Positions 38,184 through 52,500 of a stretch of DNA of 64,000 bases are shown here, piece after piece (the stretch's first letter is position 1; each line of letters starts with the position of its first letter). The notes under the pieces are model-generated. The model searched no databases. It had not been told where the DNA came from and worked only from the letters and a program-made list of their open reading frames with translations. The translations under genes were made by a program, and so were the position numbers. The DNA comes from Octopus bimaculoides (Eukaryota). The stretch spans positions 121,548,680 through 121,612,679 of the forward strand of contig NC_068985.1 of NCBI RefSeq assembly GCF_001194135.2, written 5' to 3'.

Positions 38184-40276
38184 TATATTGACATGCATCC
38201 ATACATACATAAGTTCATAAGCACTGATAGCATGTACATACATACAAGCATGAACAAATAATAACCTCACATAGGTTCCAACTGGTTGCAAGTGAAGTCT
38301 TCATCAATGTATTACCACCATGTATACACACACTTCTCTGCCTTCACTATATTACATTTTACATATTTATTTATTGAAAGCTAAAGTTCCATGCTGATCC
38401 TCCTCAGGGTTTTCTCATTCCTAAATATTCTTCAGGTTACCTTGAACAGCATGCAAGTCACAAAAGACTCAGACTAGCAATAAAGTGAAGCTGTGGCATC
38501 AAATGCATGGGCACTTTATTATATATATATATATGAAGTCCTTTTCTTCTCATTTGATTATCCAAATGCGCATGTGTAGCATTATACAATGTCTACAGAA
38601 CTGCTCTTTCATTAAGTACATGAATTCTACACAATAATCCAGAAAAAAAGTACTCTCACTTATCAAATATAAAGTTGCCAGGGTCAGGCAAAATGTATTG
38701 CAATATCTATTCAGGCATCTTGCATTCTGAGTTCAAATCCCATCAAGGTTGATTTTTGTCAGGAATCATTCTAGGATCAATAAATAAAATACCAGTCTAG
38801 AGTAGTGGATAGATGGCAATGTTATATCATTAGCAGTGTTTGTTCGAGCTCTATGTGTTTTAAGTTGAAATCCTTCCATGGCCAAGTTGGATAGTAAATC
38901 AGTCCCCAGATTTAACACTATGACACATTACCTTGATATCATTAGAGGAGTCCCTACTCTTGTAAGCATTTGACCAGGTTTCTCAAAGGAGGTTAACTTC
39001 CTCCCTCTCACCAGCCTCAGAGACCCTACAAAAGGCCTTGGAGACTACCCTTCATGTTGACAAAAACATTAAAAATAAAAAGAAAGGTTCCAAGAGCACT
39101 AAAAGACAGCAAAGGCTATATAGGCAACGCTGCCTGCTGGCCACTCTCTCTTTTCTACTCTTCATCTCCTACTTCCTCTTTTTCTCTCTTTCAAACTATA
39201 TCTTTCTCCTTCTACTTTGTATAATATATAAAGCTAAGTGTTCCCCTTTGGAGCCATACAAGAACTTATATAAAAGATAAAATAAGAGGTTGTGGAAGGA
39301 ACTGTGGGAGCTGTTACAAGAAGAATCAGTGTTTAGTAAAACTGTCACATGCAAAAGGGGTCCAAAAAAAAAAAAAAAAAAATGAGGGAATCACTCTGCC
39401 TCCAACTAAGGGATAGATGTTAAGAGAAGATTGAGATTGTCGAATATAAACAAAAAAATATCATCATCACATCAGTTATATATAAAAAGGGGTAGGACAT
39501 CTGCCTTCTTCCAAGGTTATTATATCTATATACCAAATGTTTATACATTTACATAAACAGATATATATATGTACACACAGATACACACATGCATACACAA
39601 ATATATGCAAACATTTATACACTCAAACATGTGTGTGTGTCCTCATGTGTATGCCTGTAAATGCACATTTATGTGTGAGAAAGAGAGATGAAAGAGCCAA
39701 TTGTAAACTAATAGCTTCTATAAAGACGGTGGATATTTGCCTTAGAAGTAGGCTATCGGGATGTCGAGCTTGCTTGTAGTTGTATTGGTGACCACCAACT
39801 TAACCATTTCAAATCCAGGTGTGTCTTATGATTATATTCCTCCCCTAAACAAACATTAATATAGAAGCTGCAGTCACCATAGGATAGTGAAAAGAAAAGA
39901 TAAAATAAGGGAAAATCAAGGAGAAAACTTGAAACTATAAGCACCTTACCTGTTTCTGTCTAACAACATCTCACAGTAAATTTGACAAGGATGAAGGTAG
40001 ACACAACAAAAGAATATGAATATTCCATTGAATTGGCTGGTTTAAAGTTTGGTCTTTTTCTTTTTCTCTTTTGTACATGAGATTGAACATGCAAGATTTT
40101 GCTTACAATTTCATCCCATAAAAATCAATAAATAATTTAAAACCTGCTGAACATAAGTAACATTTTTTTTTTTTTTTTGACAGTGAAGAAATTATATAAA
40201 AAGGGAAAAAAACACAAGATATTGATATGATAATGTAAATAATACTGAAAATGTTTTGTTTTTTTAATATGAAACG

Positions 40277-40310
<34 letters not shown>

Positions 40311-40739
40311 TAATAATATCAAAAGATAATTATGTATAGAATTTAAAATATGAATTAAAAAAAATATTCTTTAAATTAAACACAAGAAAAACAACATCTA
40401 AACAAAAGGGAAAAAAAACAAGAGCAGACATTCACAGAAATGTCAAATGATATCTAAGAAATAGAAAAGAAAGTCTCAGTTAATGTCACCATCAATAACT
40501 GTTACCTATTTATCACATTTTCAATAGAGGGATAAATGGGAGAAATTAAAAATAAATAAGGATCTCTTTGGCAAAAAAAATAAATTTCTGCTCCCAATCT
40601 TTTTTTTTTTTCTGTTTTTCTTTTGGTCAAGGAACATTCTTTTTGCTACTGACTTTCTTAAAGTAATAAATTTTAAATATGAAACAACAAACCTTACAGT
40701 AAAAAGAAATCCTGGAATTAAGTAGATGAATTATCATTC

Positions 40740-40748
40740 TATACATAC

Positions 40749-40780
<32 letters not shown>

Positions 40781-41010
40781 TATATACATACATATACACA
40801 CACATATATACATATATGTACATAAAACACACGCACATCTATATAGATATATACATATATACACTCACACATATACATAGATATATACATATATACACAC
40901 ACATATACATAGATATATACACATACACACATATACATATATATATACATACACATACACACACAAGCACATACATATATATATATATATATATACATAC
41001 ATACATACAT
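40740..41010. repeat. Compound (CA)n/(TA)n microsatellite
   Basis: Direct reading. Confidence 0.9.
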
Positions 41011-41786
41011 ATAAGAAAACATATAAAGTTGATTGGATATCAGACTACTAATTAAAATAAGAGTAATGGTAATATACTTGAAGCATTGCAGTATGTAAAT
41101 AATGAGATGTTTATAAAACCTTTAAGGATTGCAGGTGAGGAGTTAATTGAAATAATGTAAGGTAATGTCATTGAGTGAAAAACAAAGATATTGCATTACT
41201 TCACATAAGCTGGTTAATAATCCAATAATACTCTGAGATAACTCCCCATTTTTAAATAAAACAAAAAAAAAATCAATAGAGTTCAGAGAAGCTGTTGGAA
41301 TTTAACTACTCACACTTATTGCTCAAAAGTTTTTAAGATAATACTGTAAAGATCTCATTACTAATTAAAATATTATTTAAATCTTGCTACTGATTCTGTC
41401 ATGGCTTCTGTATGGCCAAGTTCATCTACATGCAGATACCACAGGGTATTTTTACCCGTAAAAGCTACATTGTAATCATGAAAAAGACCACAATGTTAAG
41501 TGTTTCAATAGCTTGCAGTGCAGTTTAAATTTTCCTGTGAGTACATAATCTGACAAGCCCAAGACACACCACATGAAGATGGAAATCCACAGTAGTACCT
41601 CCAATGGGGCCTATGACCATATTCCATGTTAAATAACTAGTCTCCTTGGTTGTAATAAGGTAATACAAGGTGTTACAGGAGTAAATAACAGAAGCAAACA
41701 AAGCATCTTGTCTTCAGCTATAATTCCATTCATATCTCGGATACCCTACACTTATAGACACCCAGTACTTGATACATACTTTATAT

Positions 41787-42048
41787 CAGTGGTTCCCAAA
41801 GTGGGCTGTATCTCCCCCACCCCCGGGACAGTGGAAAGACCCGGAGGGGGGGGTTAAAAAAAAACGGGGCAATGGATGTGAAAAAAAAAAATAATGGGTT
41901 AATTACGTTAAGTTTTATATGTAAAATACTGTTGTTTTGAATTTGCTGCAGAAAATGGTCTGTGTCAATGGTGGTGAGTGGGGGTGGCACTAGGAATGTG
42001 GCCTTAGAACCAAGGGGGCAGCAGCCTGAAAAAGTTTGGGAACCACTG
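41787..42048. mobile_element. hAT (Charlie-like) MITE
   Basis: TIRs CAGTGGTTCCCAAA and TTTGGGAACCACTG with perfect 8-bp TSD CTTTATAT on both sides. Confidence 0.9.
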
Positions 42049-43039
42049 CTTTATATTACTGACCGCAGAAGAATAAAAGGTAAAAATTGACCTTGGTAGG
42101 ATCTGAACTCAGAATGTAAAGGGTTATCATTAAATACTGTTAGGTATTTTGTCCAACACACTAACAACTCAGCCAATTTATTTATCATATCAATGTGCTT
42201 CTTTACCTAACAAGGCTAAGTTCAAATATTTCTGTAGATTTTGTTGTTCAAGGCAAGATAAGCTTTGTTATGCACTGCTTTGAGACAAAAACTTGCTCTG
42301 GTATCCACAAATGGGAATATGGAACTTGTCCTTAAATATGAAAGTAGTTTTAGTCTTTAGGTACATAAATTAATGATTTGCTCATGAAGACCACAGAACT
42401 GTAACATAGCAGTTTAAAGTGAGCACTAAAACTCTGCCCTATAAAATAATGATTCTGAAACCTAGTCCACGCACACATGCATACATATGTATATATATAG
42501 TTGATAAAGGAAATGGAAGATGGATTTAGTATGAATCTTTATTTAGCACGATGGTTGTTTCGACCAATCCTGCATCTGTCTCATAGGAGTGGGATATTGT
42601 GCATCTGGTTGCATTGCATCAATCAGTACAGGCTGTGTTACCTCAGGTGTTTGATGTAGAAAAATAGAAACAAGACGAAACTAATAATCCCAGAACCTTA
42701 AACTGCATTAGTAACAGCTTCAAAATATAATCACCATTAACTAATTGTATAAGAAATTATTATAATTCATTATTCTCTTTACCCAGAAATTCCTTTACAC
42801 AACTATTGACTCATGTTGTTTGAAAATACATTTTCTTTTTCTTTTTTTTTAAATATTTTCCTATAAGTTAGTTTTTTTTAGTGTTTATTTTTTTTTTAAA
42901 TAAATGACATGTACAGAAATTCCATAATCTTAATCTGTGTATTAAATGGTACACATGGTAATACATACCATACCTGACAGCAAAGAGTTAAAATATTCAT
43001 TCATACATAGAATTTATTATTTCTTTTGTAGTACCTTAC

Positions 43040-43081
43040 TGCAGTACACAGTCTTCCATAATTACCCCTTCAGCAGTAAAA
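43040..43081 (-). other. Candidate 42-nt exon (xFTAEGVIMEDCVLx)
   Basis: Acceptor gagttttctttag, donor GCA|gtaagg; one open frame, symmetric phase. Confidence 0.25.
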
Positions 43082-45237
43082 CTAAAGAAAACTCACATGA
43101 GAGAGGACTACCAACATTGAAACATCAGGCAAGTATCTTCAAGAAATTGGTAGAGATTGGGAATGGGTTTTAAGGAAGACAGAAAGAAAGTAAAAAGGAG
43201 TGGAAAGTAAAAGGAAAAAAAGACATTCCACAATGGCAACCTATTTTAGCTAATAATAACTGCAGCAGCCATTATTCTCTCACTCACCAAACCTTCCACT
43301 ACACTGTACATGGCCCCATTCTAGGGGTAAAATAACACCATTTTATTTTTTTAATACAATTCTTGGCTATTCTGGAAAAAGTTGAGTTTATGAGAAGATG
43401 ACTTAGAATAAAGGAGAATATCTTTCATTCGTACAAACAGAATTAAATAAAACAAAAAAATACAAAAAAGAATACATTAATGAAAGTTTTTAGGAAACCT
43501 CAACCAAACACTATTTTTTTTCTTTTTCCATACTTTCCATTTCATTTCTTTTTTTTTTTTTTACAAAAAAGGAGTTTAGTTGGCCAGGAATAAGATTCTG
43601 ACAAACAGAAATATTTTTCAATGACAAGTATAGNNNNNNNNNNNNNNNNNNNNNNNNNNNNNNNNNNNNNNNNNNNNNNNNNNNNNNNNNNNNNNNNNNN
43701 NNNNNNNNNNNNNNNNNNNNNNNNNNNNNNNNNNNNNNNNNNNNNNNNNNNNNNNNNNNNNNNNNNNNNNNNNNNNNNNNNNNNNNNNNNNNNNNNNNNN
43801 NNNNNNNNNNNNNNNNNNNNNNNNNNNNNNNNNNNNNNNNNNNNNNNNNNNNNNNNNNNNNNNNNNNATATATAGTACATTGCATATTTTATATATCTAA
43901 TACATTATATACATATAGAAGTAATTTAGTGAATACAGGAATTATACATGAGGTACTTCAAGTTTCATTCTCTGAAAGTGCAGTATTCATTAAATAATAT
44001 TTCACTCTCACTGAATTGAGTGCTGATCCTATCAACAAGTGAACAGTAACCTATATATAATTATATATAAAGGTACAGTGAAATGAACAGAAATAGAACT
44101 CAATACATAAGAGGATGCATGTGTATTTTTTAATCAGCTGTAATGTAAAAGACTGAAAGAGTTGAGAATGCCATGCATTGCACTTATCAATGTGACTCTT
44201 CACCCTTCAGTCACTTATGTACCTTTCACAGCCTCTTAAAAATAATATATATACATACATATTCACATACATACATACATACATATATATATATATACAC
44301 ACACATATATATATATACATACACATATATACATATACATATATATATATTATATACACACATATATATACATACATATATATATATTATATACACACAT
44401 ATATATACATACATATATATATATATATACACACATATATATACATACATACACATACATACATATCTATATATATTTACATACATTGTTTGACCTTATT
44501 TCCATTTAGCAACACCACTTCTCACAGCCATAGTTCAAAACTTTAGAAAATACAGAAAAACAACTCCAAGAAATATTTGAAAATTACTATATCTTATATG
44601 AAAACAGCTTTATACATTCCTCATTTTTTTAATATATATATATATATATACTGCTTCTTGTTTGTTTTTTTAAGTTTTTTATTATTTTTCTTTGTTTTGT
44701 TTTTTACTTTTAAAAGAAATCTTGAACTGTCTTTCAGTCAATTCTATAAAGTGAAACTGCAAAATATTTATTATGTAGTGCTTTACAATATAGCAGTGGT
44801 GAGAAAGAATTGTTGAACACTGCTTCACTACCACCATCATGGCCATATAAAGGCCCATACTGTCCAGTTAAATCTCACCTTATGACAACACAAGCTAGTC
44901 AGTTTAACAGCAGTTTTTGGTTACAATAAGTCCCTATCCCCCAGCAAAACTCATTTGTTACTCAAGTGGTCGTTAAAAAAAAAATATTTAAAACTATAAA
45001 TATGCAATCATAGCACTGTAAATGGCAAGGTATTGTTGCTCGTTATTGAACTATTAACTCTCACACACCTTTGCTTAATAAAGCCAATGTCAAAGAGCTA
45101 ACTGGCAAAGCATGGTGAAAACACTGAGGGGCAAACCTATGGGTCCAGCATTTTGAGCATTGAAAAAAAAAATAATAATGTGATGTCACATGCGATTATA
45201 ATTCTTAATTATAGTTTATACACTCAACATCACTCAC

Positions 45238-45269
45238 CCCACACCCTTTTACTTCTCCAGGATTTAGGT
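45238..45269 (-). other. Candidate 32-nt exon
   Basis: Acceptor cacatgtttcag, donor GGG|gtgagt. Confidence 0.2.
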
Positions 45270-46710
45270 CTGAAACATGTGATACCCTAACATTTAAAGG
45301 TGGTAGAGAGTTTATTGAGAAAAATTTGCTATCAGTATTAAGCAGGTCAAGTGACTTCATATAAATTCCTTTATTGGCTGTTGAAAGGTCAAGTGATGTG
45401 TATATGTGTGTGTGTGTATACACATACATGTTTTGTGTGCACATGTGGCTGGCTGGCTGGTACACAGGTTGATAGGTAAATGTGTGTATGAATGTATAAA
45501 CATATACATGTATAAATATGCATTGGGTGGATAAAATATGAAATAAGTTTGTGTATTTGAAAGCAGAACAAAGCAAATTCAATGCCTAAGATTGAATTTT
45601 TAAGGATGGGAAATCTAAAACATAAAGAAAAAACAATGAATATTGTATAATTCTTTCACTTTCTTTGTATTTTTTTGAGTTGTAGACATTATCAGAAAGT
45701 TTCATTCTGGACAAATACTGCAAACTGAAACTTTCAACACAAAACATAATAATAATCATAAAACTAACAGTCCTTTCTATTACAGGCACAAGGCCTGACA
45801 TTTTGAATGTTGATCACAGCGACCCCCAGAGCTCAACTGATAATTCATTGACTCTGAAAGGATGAAAGGCAAAGCCAACCTTGGCAGAACATGAAGACAG
45901 ATGAAGTGCAGCTAAGTATTTTGTCTGACAACTGGCTGCCTTAATGATGACAACAACTAAGGTATCTATCACAACTCTATATGGTATGTTCAGCAAAGAA
46001 TAAAGCTATTGCTTAGGGTCCAATGCATATCAGTGCAGATAGATTTTGATAGCAGTGTAATTGTTGGTCTTAATATATTCCAGCAAAGGTAAAAAAGCTA
46101 AACAGATGTCAAAGCATTTGTTGGTCAAATTGCAGTAATTAGTCTAACAGATATTAGTAAATCTATTTGTTAAACAGATATTAGTGTAGCAGTTAGCTTA
46201 GTTTATAAAATTGATATTGGTGTAATGGATATTAAATATGGCTATTTGTCTAACAGATCACTGTTGAAACACTGCTCTTAATGCATTTTAAAGCTGCTGG
46301 TCAGTAGTCATAATATTAGCTGAGCTATTAAACACACACACACACTCTTGTAGCCTCGGCTGTTGACCATTGATCTATCTAGAGTTAACTTTCACTCGCA
46401 AAATTAATCAGTATCTTTCCCAATCTAATCCTCCTCATCATCACTAACTTTTTACTATGATATAGGTTGAATAGATTTTCGTCAAGCCAAAATCTGTCTT
46501 CAATGAAGTTAACATCCTGAAATCTGAACTCAATATTCTTTGTGCTTTCCTTGCACTTTCTGTCATGGCAGTGTTGCCATTTAAGTACTGTCTATGACCT
46601 TCACACATAGATAAATGAATGCTCAAAGCCAGTGCTGCCTGTCACTCATCCAATCAATTTCTGCCACCAATCCAGCTACAATGGCAACATTCAGTTCTAG
46701 CCAGGCTAAA

Positions 46711-47068
46711 TATTCACTGCCAATTATTGGTCAAAACACAGTTGTGATACCATTTCACTGCCAATCATTGGTCAAAACACAGTGGTGATGTCATTTTACT
46801 GCCAGTCTTTGGTCAAAATACAGTGGAGATGCTATTTCACTGCCAATCATTGGTCAAAACACAGTGACGATGTCCTTTCACTGCCAGTCATTGGTTAAAA
46901 AACAGGTGATGTTATTTCACTGTCAGTGATTGGTCATATAGGTGATGATGTCATTTCACTGCCAGTCGTTGGTCAAAACCTAGTGATGCCATTTCACTGT
47001 CAGTCACTGATCAAAGCAGTGATGTTATTTCACTGCCAGTTTCTGGTCAAAACACAGTGAGATGTCAT
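46711..47068. repeat. Minisatellite, 9 units of ~35-42 bp with nested inverted repeats
   Basis: Unit CATTTCACTGCCAATCATTGGTCAAAACACAGTGGTGATGT. Confidence 0.9.
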
Positions 47069-47349
47069 TGGTCCAGTAGACACTATCGCTGTAATTAACA
47101 CAACTAAATACAGATCACCTATTAAAAGAGATTGAGTTAATTGACAAAAGAAAATGTAGGATGATGGAGTGAGCTGTATATTTTACAATACAATAAAAGA
47201 CTATAAACATTGCATGTAAGGTGCCAAATGTCTCAATCAAACAGCCAGTAATGAGGAAGTAAAAATAAAAACTGCTTTTACTCTACAAGACCTAGAAAGA
47301 CTTAAAGGGATAACACATATTAAACAGTAACAGAGATGATGGTGATGAT

Positions 47350-48184
47350 AATAATTGGTTCTGAATTAAGCACAAGGCCTGGAATTTGGAGGAGAGGGTT
47401 AGTCAAACTGACCTAGTTCTTCACTAATACTTTACTTTATCTATCTTAAAGGAATGAAAAGCAAAGCTGACTTCTAAAAGAGTTGAACTTAGAATGTAAA
47501 GAGCTGGAGCAAATATTACAACATATTTTCTCTGCTACTCTAACAACTCTGCCAATCCACTAACCTTATTAACAATGGTCCAAATTTAGGCATAAGGTTT
47601 GATATTTCAAGACAAGGGTGAGTCAATCTATCATTGCCCTTAAAAATAATTCTTTCTACTATAGGCACATGGAGGCCTAATATTTTGCAGGAAGGAGTTA
47701 GTCAATTACATCAATCCCAATGTTCAACCAGTAATTATTTTATCAACCCTGAAAGAATGAAAGGTAAAGTCAACTTTGGCAGGATTTGAACTCAGAACAC
47801 AAACAGTCAGAAGAAACACCACCAAGCATTGTGTATGGCCAGCAACTGGTTGAGCCAGCCCATTGCCTTTAAAGGATGAAAAGCAAAGTTGACCACAATG
47901 GAATTTGAACTCAGAACGTAAAACCAGAATAAATGCTGCTATGCATTTTGTCCAACACATTAATGATTCAATCAGCTTGGTGCCTTCTTAATAATAATAA
48001 TTATTTCTAATTTAAGCATAAAGCTAGTAGTTTTGAGGAGGGAGATTGGCTGATTATCACTGACCTCATTAAGTGACTGGTACTTCATTTTATCAACCCC
48101 AAAAGAATGAAAAGCAAAATTGATCTTGGCGAAATCTCTGAACTTAGAATGTAGAGTGATGCAACTGAATACTGCAGCAGCAAA

Positions 48185-48223
<39 letters not shown>

Positions 48224-48420
48224 CCTTTCTTCTGAAGGCACAAAGCCTGAAATTTTGGGGGAGGGGCTAGTTAATTACATTGACCCCAGTACTCAACAGG
48301 TACTTATTTCATAGACCCCCAAAAGGATGAAAGGCAGCATTTGAACTCAGAATGTAAAGACAGAAGTTACTGCTAAGCATTTTGCCCGGCATGCTAACGA
48401 TTCTGCTAGCTCACTGCCTT
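47350..48420 (-). mobile_element. Head-to-tail chain of about five Nin/Deu-like SINEs joined by (TAA)n
   Basis: Repeated CACAAGGCC...AAAGGATGAAAGGCAAAGTC...GAATTTGAACTCAG units, all in the same orientation; best copy 48221-48420. Confidence 0.75.
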
Positions 48421-48422
48421 CC

Positions 48423-48458
<36 letters not shown>

Positions 48459-48974
48459 TGATGATGATAATAATAAATAACAACAACAGCAACAAAAACA
48501 AAACAAACCAAATTAATTTGGGAATCATAGAAAAAAACATACTGAGTGCTAAAATTATCTGACAGGTCACTCAAACAAAACATGAAATCATACAAATAAA
48601 ATTTTTAAAATAATGGAAATGAATGTCTTAAATTTTTTTCCAAAATATATTGTTTTTTTTTTTCTTGTTTAATTTCAAATTATTGACACCAACAAACAAA
48701 ATNNNNNNNNNNNNNNNNNNNNNNNNNNNNNNNNNNNNNNNNNNNNNNNNNNNNNNNNNNNNNNNNNNNNNNNNNNNNNNNNNNNNNNNNNNNNNNNNNN
48801 NNNNNNNNNNNNNNNNNNNNNNNNNNNNNNNNNNNNNNNNNNNNNNNNNNNNNNNNNNNNNNNNNNNNNNNNNNNNNNNNNNNNNNNNNNNNNNNNNNNN
48901 NNNNNNNNNNNNNNNNNNNNNNNNNNNNNNNNNNNNNNNNNNNNNNNNNNNNNNNNNNNNNNNNNNNNNNNNNN

Positions 48975-49027
<53 letters not shown>

Positions 49028-49680
49028 CATATACATACATACACATGTATATGTATGTATATATATATATGTATATATACATATACACACACAAACATGC
49101 ATGTACATGCTATATATGTATATACACACACACACACACATATATAAGCATACGTGTAAGTGTGTACATACATTCATACATACAAACATATATACACCAG
49201 TTGAAGGATTAACAGGTGTACTGTCTGTGTCCATAGCTATCACAGTTCATCCACATTGTACACTGCCAGCTCTCTACAAGTTACCACTTGGGGCTACTAT
49301 ATACTAGTGCTCAGTTTTATTAGCATGTAGTATTCAGCTCAGATCTCTGCAAACTAGGTAGAAGCAAAGACTTTGTGGTCTATATTGTCATTTGCTCTGC
49401 TAGAAATAGCAGCCAAATCTCTCTTGAATACTCAACTATCTTCAATATGGAAACCCCCCCCCACTAAATCTGCATAGTCCTAAAAAAAAGACGGCATGGT
49501 CACAAGGCATAGGTCAGCTTAGTCATAGCTGACCCAGGAAGGCTAAAGAACAACAGCAACAACAGCCTTTCATAAAATGACTGCTCAGCAAGGAAAGGGA
49601 AGTTTTTCTCACTCAACTTCTAGGAAATGATAAGTCCCAGTACACCATGTCTTGATAATTACAAATGGATAAAAATATTA

Positions 49681-49735
<55 letters not shown>

Positions 49736-50063
49736 TTCACACATTGCTTAGTAGGTGGGTTAAGTTGGTGTTGTTTTTTTGTGTACAGTTTTAAACAAGA
49801 TAAAAAAGTTATCATAAAATGAACTAAAAAATATATGCAGTACTTTGGGAAGATTGGGAGAAACAGAATTGAATATTTAAATAAATACGCATACTAAATG
49901 GACAAACACACATAGATATGTACATACAACAATAAACACACACACACAACATATACAGCAAATCAGCAGAAGTTTACATACACACACACACTCACATATA
50001 TATATACACACACACACACACATATATATACATGTGGTTATATCTATATACAAAAACTATTAC

Positions 50064-50113
<50 letters not shown>

Positions 50114-50701
50114 CTAGTATGAACAAAAAGTATTCACACACTAACTAAAGTACTCAGTACTTCAATTAGTGGAGTTAAATATATTAGTTTACAGGTTTAC
50201 AAATCTGTTTTGATTTTTTGGGAATTATTGAGAAAGAAGTTCATGCATGGGTCAATGTAATAGTTTAGAAGAAGGAGAGAAATCAAGTATTAAGTGTAAA
50301 CATATGATGAAGCAGGTGATGATAACTTTCATAGAAGGGATAATATAATTTAAAATTATGGGTGCTAAGTCTTTATGTATTTAGGGGTGGACCTACCATT
50401 TAATATTTAACACTGGAGTTAAGGGATAAGAGAGAATCCAATCAGATCATGCCTTATGTATCAGATAGAATTCGATTCATCTTAAAGAACGTATTAACAG
50501 AAATATATGGAAAAAATTTTTTGACCAAATAATACAGAAAGATTAGAAGCAAAAGTGATCTAAGTTCTTTCAAAAATTGTTAAAGTAAAGAATTAAAATG
50601 TCAATACTTATGTTATGTATGTTAAAGATGTAAGAAGTTTAAAATTAATAATACTGATATACAAAGAAAGAATTATAAATGAAAATCTTTGTAAAAAGTT
50701 A

Positions 50702-50912
50702 TTAACCTTTTTGATACTAACTCATCTCTATAATTCAAACTTTGTTTTAAAAAGAACCTAATTAAAAACTTCCATCAAAGTTTCATGCTAGTTTTTGTTC
50801 TAAACACTAGCTTAATAATGAAAATGTTATTTTACTAAATTCTTCATTATTTTCAAATTAATTGAAGTAAAGGCAGTATATTTCAATAAAAATATGCTAA
50901 CAAAAGGGCTAG
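50702..50912. mobile_element. piggyBac-type MITE (older copy)
   Basis: TTAA-CCTTTT...AAAAGGG-CTAG; body matches 10494-10718. Confidence 0.65.
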
Positions 50913-52461
50913 ATAAAAAGATAGAATAAAATAATAGTCTTAGGTACCATGCTTAAAGATTACAACTATCAAAATCAGGAAATTCAGGTTTAACTAACTT
51001 GGAAGTATCAGGCCTGAAGTAGAGAGTTTGTTTTTAAGATGAGATAAGTACAGTATATATGAGACAATATTTTAGCAAAGGAAGAATGTGATCCATAAAG
51101 AGCACCAACACATATATAGGCCTAAATAACAAACAAAGCAAGTGGAAATACACAAGAATAAAACAATAAAAGATGTAAACAAACAAATCTATCAGTTAAA
51201 TCGTGGAGGCTAACAAACTGATCAAAGTGCTCAATCTTAAACAACATGAAAACACAGATACAAGTCAGCACTTATATACTTCTGTAATGGCACAGAAAAT
51301 CACTGGGACATACACAAAACATCATCATTTTAATGTATTCTCTTTCATAAATCAGAGAGAAATATATTGGGTTAGAGTTGGCTGGAGGTCCTCCCTGTCG
51401 CCAACCACCACTGGTTTCCAAGCAAGGTAATAATTTCAGTCTATTGAACAACAAACAGCCTGAACGTGTTGTATTCATGGAGATCAACACCATGTGTATT
51501 GGCCTTTTGTTTACAAAGATCATGCCATGTGTCAAGAAGCCTAGACATGCCTTCATTGTGGACTGCAAAGCCATTGTTCACAACCAATGAGCAAACACAA
51601 ATGAAGATACACACACTCACATTCTAAAACAGGTCAAAATTGTGATGATATTTGATTGACAACTGATGAGGTGTTCAGCATGTCTGCATCCATTTTGTTT
51701 TGTTTCCCCTGTACCACATTATTATCATATATCATGCTTTCTCAGTATCATCTCTTCCAGTACACTCCCTCATGTTGCCAATGGCAGCCCTCCCCCATTA
51801 TAACTGTTCATCACCCACCATTTCCCTCACACACTTCATGTCTTCTTCACAGCTACCTGTTACCCCCCCCCCNNNNNNNNNNNNNNNNNNNNNNNNNNNN
51901 NNNNNNNNNNNNNNNNNNNNNNNNNNNNNNNNNNNNNNNNNNNNNNNNNNNNNNNNNNNNNNNNNNNNNNNNNNNNNNNNNNNNNNNNNNNNNNNNNNNN
52001 NNNNNNNNNNNNNNNNNNNNNNNNNNNNNNNNNNNNNNNNNNNNNNNNNNNNNNNNNNNNNNNNNNNNNNNNNNNNNNNNNNNNNNNNNNNNNNNNNNNN
52101 NNNNNNNNNNNNNNNNNNNNNNNNNNNNNNNNNNNNNNNNNNNNNNNNNNNNNNNNNNNNNNNNNNNNNNNNNNNNNNNNNNNNNNNNNNNNNNNNNNNN
52201 NNNNNNNNNNNNNNNNNNNNNNNNNNNNNNNNNNNNNNNNNNNNNNNNNNNNNNNNNNNNNNNNNNNNNNNNNNNNNNNNNNNNNNNNNNNNNNNNNNNN
52301 NNNNNNNNNNNNNNNNNNNNNNNNNNNNNNNNNNNNNNNNNNNNNNNNNNNNNNNNNNNNNNNNNNNNNNNNNNNNNNNNNNNNNNNNNNNNNNNNNNNN
52401 NNNNNNNNNNNNNNNNNNNNNNNNNNNNNNNNNNNNNNNNNNNNNNNNNNNNNNNNNNNNN

Positions 52462-52500
<39 letters not shown>

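Larger units (their letters stand above)
19924..52461. other. Eight assembly gaps (19924-20106, 23202-23823, 26552-27059, 28357-28366, 31162-31696, 43634-43867, 48703-48974, 51873-52461)
   Basis: N runs, mostly abutting young repeats or (TA)n tracts. Confidence 0.95.

Noticed and set aside
38400-38440. TTCTCATTCCTAA match to the hammerhead element spacer
   Set aside because: Too short; no hammerhead core or tail nearby.
46711-47068. CRISPR array or coding repeat
   Set aside because: Contiguous tandem units without unique spacers; unit length is not a multiple of three.
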